Source: Candidatus Caldarchaeales archaeon | GTDB taxonomy: Archaea > Thermoproteota > Nitrososphaeria_A > Caldarchaeales > Wolframiiraptoraceae | DNA length: 64,000 bases | Assembly (NCBI GenBank): GCA_039630055.1 | Contig: JBCNVN010000002.1 | Coordinates: 76,836 to 140,835, forward strand | Direction of reading: 5' to 3' | Part shown: positions 9,352 through 19,731 of the stretch, piece by piece | Layout of the letters: every line of letters begins with the position of its first letter | Position numbering within the stretch: the stretch's first letter is position 1 | The notes under the pieces: model-generated | Database searches by the model: none | The model's input: only the letters and a program-made list of their open reading frames with translations | What the model was told of the DNA's origin: nothing | Translations under genes and position numbers: made by a program

Positions 9352-9601
9352 AGGGGGTTTACCAGAGACTTATAGAAGCATGCTGTTTTTCACAGGGATA
9401 TTTTTAATATTCTTAGGATTGATTATAGCTCTCCTAGGACTGATCACATCAACAGATATAAGGTCGGGTGGTTTAATCTTAATCGGGCCAATACCTTTCT
9501 TCTTCTACTTAGAAGATCCATCTATAGCTATCTTAATAATCCTAATCTCATTTTTACTTATCTTCACTTTCATCACCTACATGGTCTTTAGAAAGAGATA
9601 A
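9344..9601 (+). CDS. small membrane protein, DUF131/TIGR00304-like (copy 2)
   Basis: 85 aa. Same architecture, with SGGLILIGPIPFFF. Overlaps copy 1 by 8 nt. Confidence 0.6.
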   Translation: MYEGGLPETYRSMLFFTGIFLIFLGLIIALLGLITSTDIRSGGLILIGPIPFFFYLEDPSIAILIILISFLLIFTFITYMVFRKR

Positions 9602-9652
9602 TAATGAAATGAAAAATCATTATATAGTGAGCTATAAGAGTCTATATGAAAG

Positions 9653-9862
9653 GTGGAGGGTTTGCGATTCTGCAGAGAATGTGGGTCGAAACTATTCTAT
9701 GACAGAAACCTAAAAGAGTATGTATGCAGAAGCTGTGGCCTAACATATAGTTTTCAGGACCTAATAGTTGAGGCCGAGAAGAACACTGTAGAAAATAGAT
9801 CCAAGAGAGATGAGAAGAAGATTAGAAAAGAGTATCTAGAGTGGTGGTTATCAAAAAAGTAA
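9653..9862 (+). CDS. zinc-ribbon protein (possibly UPF0148-like)
   Basis: GTG start. CRECGSKL...CRSCG forms two CxxC pairs, followed by a basic tail. Confidence 0.5.
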   Translation: MEGLRFCRECGSKLFYDRNLKEYVCRSCGLTYSFQDLIVEAEKNTVENRSKRDEKKIRKEYLEWWLSKK

Positions 9863-9872
9863 GTGGTGGTTT

Positions 9873-10163
9873 ATGGAGATAGTATTATTCGTGGAAGGAG
9901 GTAAGCTGAGAGAATTAGAGGAGAGATTGTTTAGGGATGAAGTCGTCTCTAGAGCCAATATAATCCTTAGAGATTCTCGTCCATTTAGAGAAGGTGGATT
10001 CTATGTTAGAGTTCTAGGATCGGAAGAGCAATGCAATAGAGCAAGAAACTTGACCCAAGAAATAGCGGAAGAAGTATTGGATAAGGAGAGAGAAGAAGTC
10101 TTAAAAGTTATAAAGGAAGAAGATGAAAGAATGTTATCAGGCTTTTCAAGTATATTCAGGTAA
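9873..10163 (+). CDS. hypothetical protein
   Basis: 96-codon ORF starting 10 nt after the zinc-ribbon gene. Acidic C-terminal half. No family recognised. Confidence 0.4.
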   Translation: MEIVLFVEGGKLRELEERLFRDEVVSRANIILRDSRPFREGGFYVRVLGSEEQCNRARNLTQEIAEEVLDKEREEVLKVIKEEDERMLSGFSSIFR

Positions 10164-10377
10164 TCTACAGAAGATTTAAGCCTTAAATCAATATATGAGC
10201 TAAAGATATCTCATTAGATCTTCCATATCTAGCATAAGCCTAGACTAGAATAGGGGATTGATAGATGATATTGAAAACTTTAGACAGTTATGGAGAGAGA
10301 AAAATTCAAAATAAATCTTAAATAGAGTTCATTATGCATATCCAGTGAAGATTGAGTAGAAAGGTGGCTTCTCGAGG

Positions 10378-11139
10378 ATGTACACCATCTTTATAGTAGG
10401 CACAGCGGGTTCAGGAAAATCAACTCTTGCAGGTGCCTTCAGCGATTGGTTGAGGAGCCAAGAGCAATCAACACTCCTAGTAAACCTAGATCCTGCAGCA
10501 TTAACTACTCCTTACGAGGCTGATATTGATGTTAGAGAGATGGTAGATTACGAGAGGATCATGACAACTAAGAAGCTTGGGCCTAATGCTGCTCTAATAG
10601 CAACAGTTAGAGAGATAGTTAGACATATAGAAGAGCTGGCAGAAGAGGTAAACTCGCAGAGAGCCGACTTCATCTTGGTTGATACACCAGGTCAGCTTGA
10701 ACTTTTTGCATATAGGAAAGAAGGTAGAATATTGACGAAATACATTGGTGGAGATAGGAAGATGATGTTCTTTCTCCTCGACCCTATGTTCTGTGCAGTT
10801 ACTAGAAATTTCGTAGCCAGCATGTTCCTAGCCTCATCGGTATACTTGACATTTCAGCTCCCGATGATACAAGTCCTCAACAAGATCGATGCTGTCCCCA
10901 GAAAATTCATCGATAGGATCGATAGATGGAGCGATTCCCTAGAATCTCTAATAGTGGATATAGAGAATAGATCAAAAAAAGGCTTGATGTATCTCTCGAG
11001 AGATATAGCACAAGCAGTTCACTCTATCGCTTCCTGCATCCCCATAGTCCCAGTATCTTCTGTAACCATGGAGGGTTTCCCAGAGCTACACGCTATGGTT
11101 ACGAATATTGTAAGTGAGGGAGAGATGGAGTTGAGGTGA
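10378..11139 (+). CDS. GPN-loop GTPase
   Basis: P-loop GTAGSGKST, GPN motif (KKLGPNAAL) and DTPGQLELF switch motif. 253 aa. Confidence 0.85.
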   Translation: MYTIFIVGTAGSGKSTLAGAFSDWLRSQEQSTLLVNLDPAALTTPYEADIDVREMVDYERIMTTKKLGPNAALIATVREIVRHIEELAEEVNSQRADFILVDTPGQLELFAYRKEGRILTKYIGGDRKMMFFLLDPMFCAVTRNFVASMFLASSVYLTFQLPMIQVLNKIDAVPRKFIDRIDRWSDSLESLIVDIENRSKKGLMYLSRDIAQAVHSIASCIPIVPVSSVTMEGFPELHAMVTNIVSEGEMELR

Positions 11140-11143
11140 TATA

Positions 11144-12022
11144 ATGAGCTTTGAAGAATTAGAGAATAGGCTTTATGAATTACGTGAGAGACTTAAGAAG
11201 TTAAATTTAGAGATAAGCAATAAGCAATCTGAGATAAATGACTATGAATTAAAGAGAGATAATATTCATGTTGAGATGAAGAAGTTTTCCGAGGAATTAA
11301 AAAAGCTTAAAGAAGAGCGGAAAGAATATTTCTCAAAGCTAGAAGAGATTAGAGAAGAACTAGAAAAGAAGAAGAATGAGCTTGAAGAGAAGAGGATAGA
11401 GTTTCTTAAGATAAGAGAAGAATTGAAGTCTCTAAGAAATGTTAGAGATGATGTCAAGGAGATTGAGAAGAAGCTTGAACAGCTGGATTGGATACTTCAG
11501 ACGAAGCCACTTCCAAGAGATGATGAGAGGAGAATAAGTAGTGAAGTTGAAAAGATCCGTACAACCCTATCGCTCGCAAGGAAAAAACAAGAATATACAT
11601 TAAAGATGGATGAGTTAAGTTTAGAGATCAAAAATATAAAAGAGGAGATTAAGAAACTTAGGGAAGAGATTGGGAAGACTAAGGAGGAGGCTTCTGCCAA
11701 GATATTAGAGCCAACTAATTTACTAAGAGGGAAGCTTAAAGAATTGAAGGATAAAGCTGACCAGTGGCATAATAAGTACATAGAAGCAAAGAAGAGACTT
11801 CAGATGCTTGAGGCAGAGAAGATCCTCTTAACCTCACAGATAATTGAACTCCAGAATACTATTAAAAAAATTAGGGAAGAAGAAGACCTTAAAAAGATTA
11901 TGATAATTAAAGAAAGGCTCAAGAATGAGGCGAGAGCTAAGCTTAGTTCCAAGAAGAAGATATCTTTCGAAGAATTGAAGATTCTCATCGAGGATGATGA
12001 ATGGGGTATCTCGTCATTCTAG
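11144..12022 (+). CDS. archaeal coiled-coil protein (COG1340-like)
   Basis: 292 aa, almost entirely E/K/L/I-rich heptad-like sequence. Starts 4 nt after the GTPase stop and has a GAGGTGA Shine-Dalgarno sequence. Confidence 0.7.
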   Translation: MSFEELENRLYELRERLKKLNLEISNKQSEINDYELKRDNIHVEMKKFSEELKKLKEERKEYFSKLEEIREELEKKKNELEEKRIEFLKIREELKSLRNVRDDVKEIEKKLEQLDWILQTKPLPRDDERRISSEVEKIRTTLSLARKKQEYTLKMDELSLEIKNIKEEIKKLREEIGKTKEEASAKILEPTNLLRGKLKELKDKADQWHNKYIEAKKRLQMLEAEKILLTSQIIELQNTIKKIREEEDLKKIMIIKERLKNEARAKLSSKKKISFEELKILIEDDEWGISSF

Positions 12023-12378
12023 ATGTAAATCTCAAATTTAAAAACATAATATCAATACTGATCTAATTCTGGATATGAAAACTATCCAAAACATTATGAA
12101 TAAGCTTACAAATATAGAAAACCTGTATGTTTCCATGTTAATGGCCAATAAACAGGTATTTTTAAAGATGAAAGGGGAATTTAAGAACATGTTTAGAATT
12201 TACCAGCTATCCATAGATATACTTAGGGTATTATATGTACCACGAATCTTCACACCGCTAGAACACTATTGTTCTATCTTGTCTGTGGACAGGCTGACAT
12301 ATTAAGAAATAGTTAAAATAAGGTTAACCATTACAAAGTTTATCTTAAACCAAGTCTAACTATAATTGGATAAGATAG

Positions 12379-13572
12379 ATGTCTTTACCGCATAGAAGAT
12401 TGCTGATACTCGTCGTAGATAGGGATAACGATATCAAGAGAAAGACAGGCATCTCTACACCGCTAATAGGTTTTGAAGAGAATCTTAAAGCAGCACAGTC
12501 GTTAGCATTACGCGATCCAGAAGATGCAGATGTAAATGCTATGTTTGGAGCGCTCAGAGTCTATAATGAGCTTGTTGAGAAGCTCGGTAAGGAGAACATT
12601 GAGGTAGCGACATTAGCAGGTGAAGAAAGTGAAGGAATAGAGGCTGATACAAAAATAATGCATGAACTAGAAGAAGTATTGAAGATTTTTCATGCTGATG
12701 GTGTCATATTTATAAGTGATGGTGTAACAGATGAATTCGTACTGCCAGTAGTATCCTCCCGTATACCTGTGATATCTGTTAAGAGACTAGTCGTAAGACA
12801 GAGTGAATCAGTAGAAAGAACCTGGCTGATACTAGGAAGATATCTTAGACTAGCATTCTCAGAACCCCGATATGCAAGAATTTTTCTCGGGATACCTGGA
12901 TTAGTCTTTACAATCGTCGGCATACTATATCTATTGAATCTTGTATCCCTACCACTAATATTAACAGCTGTAGGCTTAATTCTTATCTTTAGAGGGTTTA
13001 ACATAGACCAGAAGCTTACAGGTATCTATACTTGGTTCATAAACATATTTAGGATGCCGCCATACAAGCAGCTTAGAGCATTTGCAACATTCGTCTCGAT
13101 AATCCTTATACTTTCAGGACTATACATCGGGTACATCTCAGTAATAAACACCATCACAACAATCTATCCTAATCCTCCTGACCCTACTCTTTATACTTGG
13201 TGGTGGATCGATAAGGTGCCACTCATATTTGGGGTCTTCTTAACTGGCGGCATAGACATAATCTCTGCAGCTATACTTATCTCCGTATCTTCAAGTACAG
13301 TATACTATGTATTCATTAGGGATCAGAAGTTCTGGAGAACTATAAGGTCCATTATCTTGGCGATATGGATGTGGGCGGTCTTTAAGAGGGCCGGTATTCT
13401 TATTGTTACAAGCATACTTGGACCTTTCGAAGAAACTCAGGTGATCTTATTGATTATAGTGGCGATATTAGGGATTGTAACTATGGCTATAACATTAACA
13501 GTAACGAGACATCTCAGTAGAAGATATTCGGAATATTTTAAATTAAGAAAGGATAAAATACCTATGGAATAG
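12379..13572 (+). CDS. DUF373-family membrane protein
   Basis: N-terminal soluble domain LILVVDRDNDIKRKTGISTPLIG...RDPEDADVNAMFGALRVYNEL, followed by about 6 TM helices. Matches my memory of the archaeal DUF373 family. Confidence 0.7.
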   Translation: MSLPHRRLLILVVDRDNDIKRKTGISTPLIGFEENLKAAQSLALRDPEDADVNAMFGALRVYNELVEKLGKENIEVATLAGEESEGIEADTKIMHELEEVLKIFHADGVIFISDGVTDEFVLPVVSSRIPVISVKRLVVRQSESVERTWLILGRYLRLAFSEPRYARIFLGIPGLVFTIVGILYLLNLVSLPLILTAVGLILIFRGFNIDQKLTGIYTWFINIFRMPPYKQLRAFATFVSIILILSGLYIGYISVINTITTIYPNPPDPTLYTWWWIDKVPLIFGVFLTGGIDIISAAILISVSSSTVYYVFIRDQKFWRTIRSIILAIWMWAVFKRAGILIVTSILGPFEETQVILLIIVAILGIVTMAITLTVTRHLSRRYSEYFKLRKDKIPME

Positions 13573-13651
13573 AATCCTAAGATTTAAAATTCTAAAAGAT
13601 TAAAATAAGTTATAGATATATTGAGGAATCTTATATCGGAGAATAGAACGT

Positions 13652-14440
13652 ATGAGTTTGCTTAAGTGGATCCTAAAAATTTTCGGCATATACAAGATTT
13701 ACGAGAAATGGCTATACGATAATATCAAGAATGGAGAGATACCATCTCATATAGCCTTAATACTTGACGGAAATAGGAGATGGGCGCTTGGGAGAGGGTT
13801 TAATCCCTGGGAAGGTCATAGATTTGGTGCAGAGAAAGTAGATGAACTGCTTAATTGGTGTCTTGAATTAGGGGTAAAGATAGTAACTCTGTACGTCTTC
13901 TCAACAGAGAATTTCAACCGTTCAGAAAAGGAATTAAAAGAATTGTTTGAACTTCTAGATAAGAAGTCTAAACAATATCTTAAAGATGATAGGATCCATA
14001 AGAATAAAGTCAAGATTAAGGTTATTGGGAGGAAGGAGATGCTCCCTGAATCTGTTAGGAATAGCCTTCGAGAGCTTGAAGAGGCAACAGTAAACTACGA
14101 TAAATTTTTTGTAAATATAGCTGTAGCGTATGGTGGTAGAGCGGAGATAGTTGATGCAGCACGTAGTATAGCTCAGAAGGTTTTAGAAGGAGTGCTAAGA
14201 CCTGAAGATATAGATGAAAAACTGATCGAGAGGCATCTTTACACATCTGATCTTCCAAAGAATGATCCAGACCTAATAATTAGAACGTCGGGAGAAGAGA
14301 GGATAAGTAACTTCCTACTATGGCAGTGTGCATATAGTGAGTTGGTCTTTCTAGATGTATACTGGCCTGAATTTAGAAAGATAGACCTTATGCGTGCAAT
14401 CAGAATATATCAGAAGAGACAGAGAAGGTTCGGAGCCTAG
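13652..14440 (+). CDS. uppS: cis-prenyltransferase (undecaprenyl/polyprenyl diphosphate synthase)
   Basis: HIALILDGNRRWA, TLYVFSTENFNRS and RTSGEERISNFLLWQ motifs. Confidence 0.9.
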   Translation: MSLLKWILKIFGIYKIYEKWLYDNIKNGEIPSHIALILDGNRRWALGRGFNPWEGHRFGAEKVDELLNWCLELGVKIVTLYVFSTENFNRSEKELKELFELLDKKSKQYLKDDRIHKNKVKIKVIGRKEMLPESVRNSLRELEEATVNYDKFFVNIAVAYGGRAEIVDAARSIAQKVLEGVLRPEDIDEKLIERHLYTSDLPKNDPDLIIRTSGEERISNFLLWQCAYSELVFLDVYWPEFRKIDLMRAIRIYQKRQRRFGA

Positions 14441-15498
14441 TATAAAGCAAACTCATATGATGAAGAAGTTAGCTTTGTTACTCCATCTCTACCTACTACT
14501 AGTGTATCCTCTAACCTTATACCGAATTTTTTCGGTAGGTAGACTCCTGGCTCAATAGTGATTACATTATTCTCTTGAAGTATCTCTTGACTTACTTGAT
14601 TGATCCTAGGAGGCTCATGTACTTCTATCCCTATACCATGTCCAAGCCCATGTATGAAAAACTCACCGTAACCTTTAGAACCGATATACGTTCTAGCCGC
14701 TTCATCGATCGATGAAGCAAGAATCCATGATTTCGTATTCTCTTCAACCAAGTTCTTAGTCTCTAAGATGATGTTATATAGATTTAATTTTTCTTCGGGA
14801 GGATTCGATCCAATATAGTAGGTTCGGGTCATATCAGCACAGTATCCATTATAAGATGCACCGAGGTCTACAATTACTACATCTCCCTTCATAAATTGTC
14901 TATCACCATGTCCACCGTGAGGGAGGGATGATCTTGAGCTGGATGCGACGATTATGTCGAAGGCTGGTTTATCAGCTCCACTATTAATCATCTCCTCTAA
15001 TACTTCAGCCTTAACCTCAGATTCTCTAACTCCTTCATTGATTATCTGTGATGCAAGATCCATGCAGTTAGAAGATATTTCTGCAGCTTTCTTTATCTTC
15101 TCCAACTCATCCATGTCTTTTATTGTTCTAAGTTTCCAAACTAAGTCTGGAGAAGGCTCGACTGCTTCTACATGTTCCGTAATCTTCAGATACTGTTCTA
15201 CCTCAATTTTATCGAACCCAACTCTCCTTCTATACTCACTCGGCAACATCATAATAACATCGATGAGGGTTGATGTTATCTTGAGTCTATTAACTTCTAC
15301 CTCATTAATACAGTAGGTCTGAGCTGCTTCGTAATCTATTGGATAAACATAGAGCTTAGGGATCCCACTTAAAGGAATGGTCAAGAAGCCTTGCCCCATA
15401 AACTGGGTGAAATAGAATATGTTTGCAGGAGAGGTTAAGATCAATAAAGAAAAGTTTAATTCTTCCATCAAGTCTTGGAGCCTACTTATTCTATCCAT
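14437..15498 (-). CDS. M24-family Xaa-Pro aminopeptidase/dipeptidase
   Basis: Metal-ligand motifs DLGASYNGYCADMTRT, HGLGHGIGIEVHEPP and TIEPGVY...RLED. The stop codon overlaps the uppS stop; the convergent genes share 4 nt. Confidence 0.85.
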   Translation of the reverse strand: MDRISRLQDLMEELNFSLLILTSPANIFYFTQFMGQGFLTIPLSGIPKLYVYPIDYEAAQTYCINEVEVNRLKITSTLIDVIMMLPSEYRRRVGFDKIEVEQYLKITEHVEAVEPSPDLVWKLRTIKDMDELEKIKKAAEISSNCMDLASQIINEGVRESEVKAEVLEEMINSGADKPAFDIIVASSSRSSLPHGGHGDRQFMKGDVVIVDLGASYNGYCADMTRTYYIGSNPPEEKLNLYNIILETKNLVEENTKSWILASSIDEAARTYIGSKGYGEFFIHGLGHGIGIEVHEPPRINQVSQEILQENNVITIEPGVYLPKKFGIRLEDTLVVGRDGVTKLTSSSYEFALY

Positions 15499-15680
15499 TT
15501 CAACCTTCCTTCTATGAGGAGCTTATTTAAATATTGTCCTAACACTTTCTATACGAAATCAAACTATATCCTTGAAATTTAAAAGTAAGACAACATGTTT
15601 CTCTTAGTATTAACATATATCCACTAAATTAGGATATATTAATTAATGATTAATAAAATAATCCAAATTATAGTAAAAGG

Positions 15681-18600
15681 ATGGTTTATATAAAAAGGTT
15701 GACTATTCAAGGGTTTAAGTCCTTCAGCTCTAAGAGGACTACTATAGATCTTGAGAAGGGGCTAGTAGTTATAACAGGGCCAAATGGTGGAGGAAAATCT
15801 AACATTCTGGACGCTATAAGATTTGCACTAGGAGAATTAAGCGCACATAATCTCAGAGTGGGTAAGATGTCTGAGCTGATACATGATAACCAGCAGAATT
15901 CTGGAGCTAAAGTAACATTAACACTAGACAATTCGGAAAGGATACTGCCTATAGATTCTTCTGAAGTAACCATAACTAGAAGACTTGATAAGAGTGGAGA
16001 AAGCGAGTATATACTCAATGGTAAACAAGTATCTAGGGTTGAACTCTTGACCATCCTCTCTATGTCGAATATAAGACCCTCAGGCTTCAATATAGTCTCA
16101 CAAGGTTCAGTTACATCTATAGCAGAGATGAGCGGTGTAGAGCTTAGGAGAATTTTAGAAGATATTTCAGGAATAGGAGAGTATGAGAGAAAGAAACAGG
16201 AGGCTGAAGAACAATTAAAGATCGCGGAGAAGAATATAGCTATAGCTAAGGCTGGAACAACAGAGGTTAAGTTGAGAGTAAACCAGCTTCAGAAAGAGAG
16301 AAACGAAGCATATAGAAAAAACCATGTAGAGAATCTTCTATCCATCATAAAATCCATCAAACTAAAGAATGTTCTAGACAGTTTGGAGTCAGAATTAAAA
16401 AGTCTAGACTTTGATTCTACTAGACTAGAAGAAGAGATTACGAATATCCAGAATACTAGAGCAAGATACTTAGAAGATCAGACCAGGATAGAGATGGAAA
16501 GACTCAATCTTTCCAGAGAGATATCAGAGCTAGATAGAAGATTGAAAGAGTTAGAGAAGATACGGGAAACAATCAGAGTTAGTGAGATCCATCTAACATC
16601 TGAAGAATCTACGATAAAAGAGAGATTAAGGAATATTGATCTCGAGATATCAGATCTAAGAGAACGTCTCAGAGAATCAATGGAACTGAAGGATTCATTG
16701 TCCCAGAAGATACAGAAAGAAAAGGTTAGATTCCTGACTCTAAAAGAATCCTTAACAAGATTAACCGATCAAACTAATGAATGTAAAAATCAACTAGAAA
16801 GCTTAAAGGCTAGATTAGATGAATTAGAGAAAGAATTAGACCGAGCAACATCCAAAAGGATGAGGTTAGAGAAGGAGATAGAGGTCAACAAGATTAAGAT
16901 GGAGGAGATGAAGAATAAGATCACCAACATTGAAAAAAATTCTAATATAATAGTTATGGATATAATTAAAAGAAGTAGGGAGAGATTATTTCTAATAGAA
17001 AAGATAAAGAAATATTCTCTCGAACTAGAAAAGCTTCAGAGAGATCTAGAACTTTTAAACATCAAGCTAGATGAGGTGAATAGTGTTCTATCAAGAGTTA
17101 TCGAAAACGAGAAGAACATGTCTGACTTATTACGTGAGATCGCTACTACCGGTATAAACCTTGGGAACGATCTAGATGAGAAAATTAAGAATTCTTTAAA
17201 GATGATAAAAGGCGTATATGGTTTCTTGGAGGAATGGATAGATTTCAAAGATGTAGATGCATGGGTGAGGTTAGAGTTAGGCAGTTCTGGATGGATACGA
17301 TCTCTAGTCGTAGAAGACTGGAGAATCGGTGTCGAGTTAGCTAAAATCTTCTCTGAAGCTGGTCTAAGAATAAAGATAATACCTATAGAATCGGTTCCCA
17401 TGAGAGGACATCTAAAGATTCAAGATGTAAAACCTAAGACAGATTGGGCCAAGAGAGTATTAGCACTCCTCCTCGACAACGTAACTTTCTGTAAAGAAGT
17501 CAAATCATTTGAAAAACCTAGAAGTAAGATGGTTTATCCAAGAGGGATCATATTATATCCAGATGGAAGAATAGAGGTTGACAATCTCACCGCTAGAAGA
17601 GACTCTAGAATCTTAGCAAATGAATATGAAGAATCTATAAGATCTATAAACCTGTTGAAAGACGTCATCAAAGAACTCCATGAGAGTATAAACAGAATAC
17701 GTGAATGGAAGAGTGATTTATCAGAGAGAATAGTCAAAATCGATATGGAGAAGAGGGCTGCCGAAGAAGATCTAGGAAAAATTGTTAAGCATGTTGCCGA
17801 GAATTTCTTAAGATTTACGTTTCTGGATGTTGAGAAGATCCAGATCATAAGAGAATTTTCAAAGATAGAACAGAAAACAATCGAGTACATTAGAGAATTA
17901 GATGAATTTAAGCCTATAGATAAGATGGAGCATACACATCTAAGAGAAGAAAAAGAAAAATGTGAGGCAAAATTCTTAAATCTTTCATCTAAACGTAGTG
18001 AACTTGAAGTTGAGTTACGTGAATCTTCTAAGCTTTTTGAAGAGTATAATAGAGATTATGAGAGACTTATGAGACAGATAGAAAAGATTGAATCTAGGCT
18101 GAATGAAAAAATTGGTGAGAAGAGAAGTTTAGAAGAGAGGTTAGCAAAGATCCTAAATGATCATGAAAAGGTCTTTTCAGATTTAAGAGAATACAACGAT
18201 GAGATTGAGAAGATCGTTAGCAGATTAGAAGCTGAGAAGACAAGGCTAGAAGAATCTACAATTAACATCTCAAAGATAAATGATAATTTAAGAGTTCTAG
18301 AAGCTAAGATTCAAGAAACTTCAAGTAGAAGACTGAGTATAGCTATTCGGAGAAGCCAGCTTGAGTCAGAGATAAGAAAAATAAGAGAAGAGCTTGACAC
18401 GATTCAAGTATACGATTTTCCAATTATTCCAGTATCGATGATAGAAGAACTGGAGAGATCATTAAATGAGGAACTAAAAAGCTTGGAGAAGATCAATCAG
18501 CTGGCTCCACAGCAGTATGAAGAGATAATCGAGAACTATAAGTTAAGATCGTCGAGGATAAGAGAACTTGAAGAAGAGAGAGCTGAGATATTGAGGTTTA

Positions 18601-19088
18601 TCAACTGGCTTGAAGAAGAGAAGAAAAAAACATTCATGAATACTTTCAATAAAGTTTCAGATAGCTTTGAGAGGTTCTTCTCAATACTAACCGGTGGTCA
18701 AGCCTGGCTTAAACTCGAAGATTTAGAGAACCCTCTAAATGGTGGGGTTGAGATGATCTTAAGATTTCCAGGTAAATCTCCTCGCTCATCCAAGAGTGCT
18801 AGCGGAGGAGAGAAGTCGGTAGCTGCAGTATCACTCTTACTAGCACTTCAAGGGTTGACCCCTGCAGACTTCTACATATTTGATGAGGTTGACGCCCACA
18901 TGGATATCCAGTACAGCACTAAACTTGCAGAGCTGTTTAGCGAGATGTCTAAGAAGACTCAGATAATCGTGATAACTCTAAAAGATGTTATAGCCGAGAA
19001 AGCAGACCAATTGATTGGGGTCTACGTCAGAAATGGTGAGTCTAGAATTGTAAAAACAAAGATTGAGGAGGTTCTAGAAAATGTCTGA
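15681..19088 (+). CDS. smc: chromosome segregation protein SMC
   Basis: 1135 aa. Walker A GPNGGGKSN, long coiled-coil arms, a hinge-like central block (GVYGFLEEWI...), signature motif SGGEKS and Walker B FYIFDEVDAHMD. Confidence 0.95.
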   Translation: MVYIKRLTIQGFKSFSSKRTTIDLEKGLVVITGPNGGGKSNILDAIRFALGELSAHNLRVGKMSELIHDNQQNSGAKVTLTLDNSERILPIDSSEVTITRRLDKSGESEYILNGKQVSRVELLTILSMSNIRPSGFNIVSQGSVTSIAEMSGVELRRILEDISGIGEYERKKQEAEEQLKIAEKNIAIAKAGTTEVKLRVNQLQKERNEAYRKNHVENLLSIIKSIKLKNVLDSLESELKSLDFDSTRLEEEITNIQNTRARYLEDQTRIEMERLNLSREISELDRRLKELEKIRETIRVSEIHLTSEESTIKERLRNIDLEISDLRERLRESMELKDSLSQKIQKEKVRFLTLKESLTRLTDQTNECKNQLESLKARLDELEKELDRATSKRMRLEKEIEVNKIKMEEMKNKITNIEKNSNIIVMDIIKRSRERLFLIEKIKKYSLELEKLQRDLELLNIKLDEVNSVLSRVIENEKNMSDLLREIATTGINLGNDLDEKIKNSLKMIKGVYGFLEEWIDFKDVDAWVRLELGSSGWIRSLVVEDWRIGVELAKIFSEAGLRIKIIPIESVPMRGHLKIQDVKPKTDWAKRVLALLLDNVTFCKEVKSFEKPRSKMVYPRGIILYPDGRIEVDNLTARRDSRILANEYEESIRSINLLKDVIKELHESINRIREWKSDLSERIVKIDMEKRAAEEDLGKIVKHVAENFLRFTFLDVEKIQIIREFSKIEQKTIEYIRELDEFKPIDKMEHTHLREEKEKCEAKFLNLSSKRSELEVELRESSKLFEEYNRDYERLMRQIEKIESRLNEKIGEKRSLEERLAKILNDHEKVFSDLREYNDEIEKIVSRLEAEKTRLEESTINISKINDNLRVLEAKIQETSSRRLSIAIRRSQLESEIRKIREELDTIQVYDFPIIPVSMIEELERSLNEELKSLEKINQLAPQQYEEIIENYKLRSSRIRELEEERAEILRFINWLEEEKKKTFMNTFNKVSDSFERFFSILTGGQAWLKLEDLENPLNGGVEMILRFPGKSPRSSKSASGGEKSVAAVSLLLALQGLTPADFYIFDEVDAHMDIQYSTKLAELFSEMSKKTQIIVITLKDVIAEKADQLIGVYVRNGESRIVKTKIEEVLENV

Positions 19089-19731
19089 AAAATCATTAAA
19101 TATCTGGAGTGATCCTAGATGGAAAGTATTATTTGATGTAACTAGATTGGGTAAGGTGAGAGCATGGGATATAAAGATCGCTGAGATTATTAGAGCATTC
19201 ATGGAAGAACTTAGAAAACTCGAATCAGTAGATCTAAATCCATGTGGTGTTGCACTCTACTCTGCTGCGATAATTCATAGAATCAAGAGCGATAGATTAC
19301 TTAAGGCAGATAATCCTAGCCAACCGAAAGAGAGACCCAACCTATTCGTTCCCCAACCTATAGACTTGCCTATCCCACCAGAGTTCATGATTATGACTAT
19401 TGAAGAATTGGCTTCATCCTTGATGATTGCCTTATACCAGAAGATACAGAATAGGAATCCTCAAGAGAATATAGTACAAGAATTCTCAGAGTTTAGTCTC
19501 GAGGATTACCTAGTAAAGTTAGAGGAGAGAATAGAGGAATTCATCAAGACATTGAAGGAAATATTTGAAGAGTATGAGTTGATAGATCTAAAGGTCTTGG
19601 TTTTGGGGGTTGATAGGGTTGAGGCCGTCAGGAGATTTATACTCCTTCTAATAGCTGCTTCTAGAGGTTTAGTTGATATATTACAAGATGAAGAGAGTGG
19701 TAGAATTATGGTGAAGTGGATTGGCGGGTAA
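19081..19731 (+). CDS. scpA: segregation and condensation protein A (kleisin)
   Basis: Overlaps the smc stop by 8 nt and the scpB start by 11 nt. 216 aa. The N-terminal WDIKIAEIIRAFMEEL segment fits the ScpA pattern. The call rests partly on operon position. Confidence 0.75.
   Translation: MSEKSLNIWSDPRWKVLFDVTRLGKVRAWDIKIAEIIRAFMEELRKLESVDLNPCGVALYSAAIIHRIKSDRLLKADNPSQPKERPNLFVPQPIDLPIPPEFMIMTIEELASSLMIALYQKIQNRNPQENIVQEFSEFSLEDYLVKLEERIEEFIKTLKEIFEEYELIDLKVLVLGVDRVEAVRRFILLLIAASRGLVDILQDEESGRIMVKWIGG

Noticed and set aside
12075-12305. 76-aa ORF in the 356-bp gap between the coiled-coil gene and the DUF373 gene
   Set aside because: Its composition is odd (many Met, Asn and Ile), it has no Shine-Dalgarno or TATA sequence at sensible spacing, and it shows no similarity to anything I know. 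It is more likely a non-coding promoter region. I found no structured-RNA signature there either.
14437-14440. Overlapping stop codons of convergent uppS and the M24 peptidase gene
   Set aside because: The overlap is real but trivial (4 nt). Such compact convergent ends are common in small archaeal genomes.
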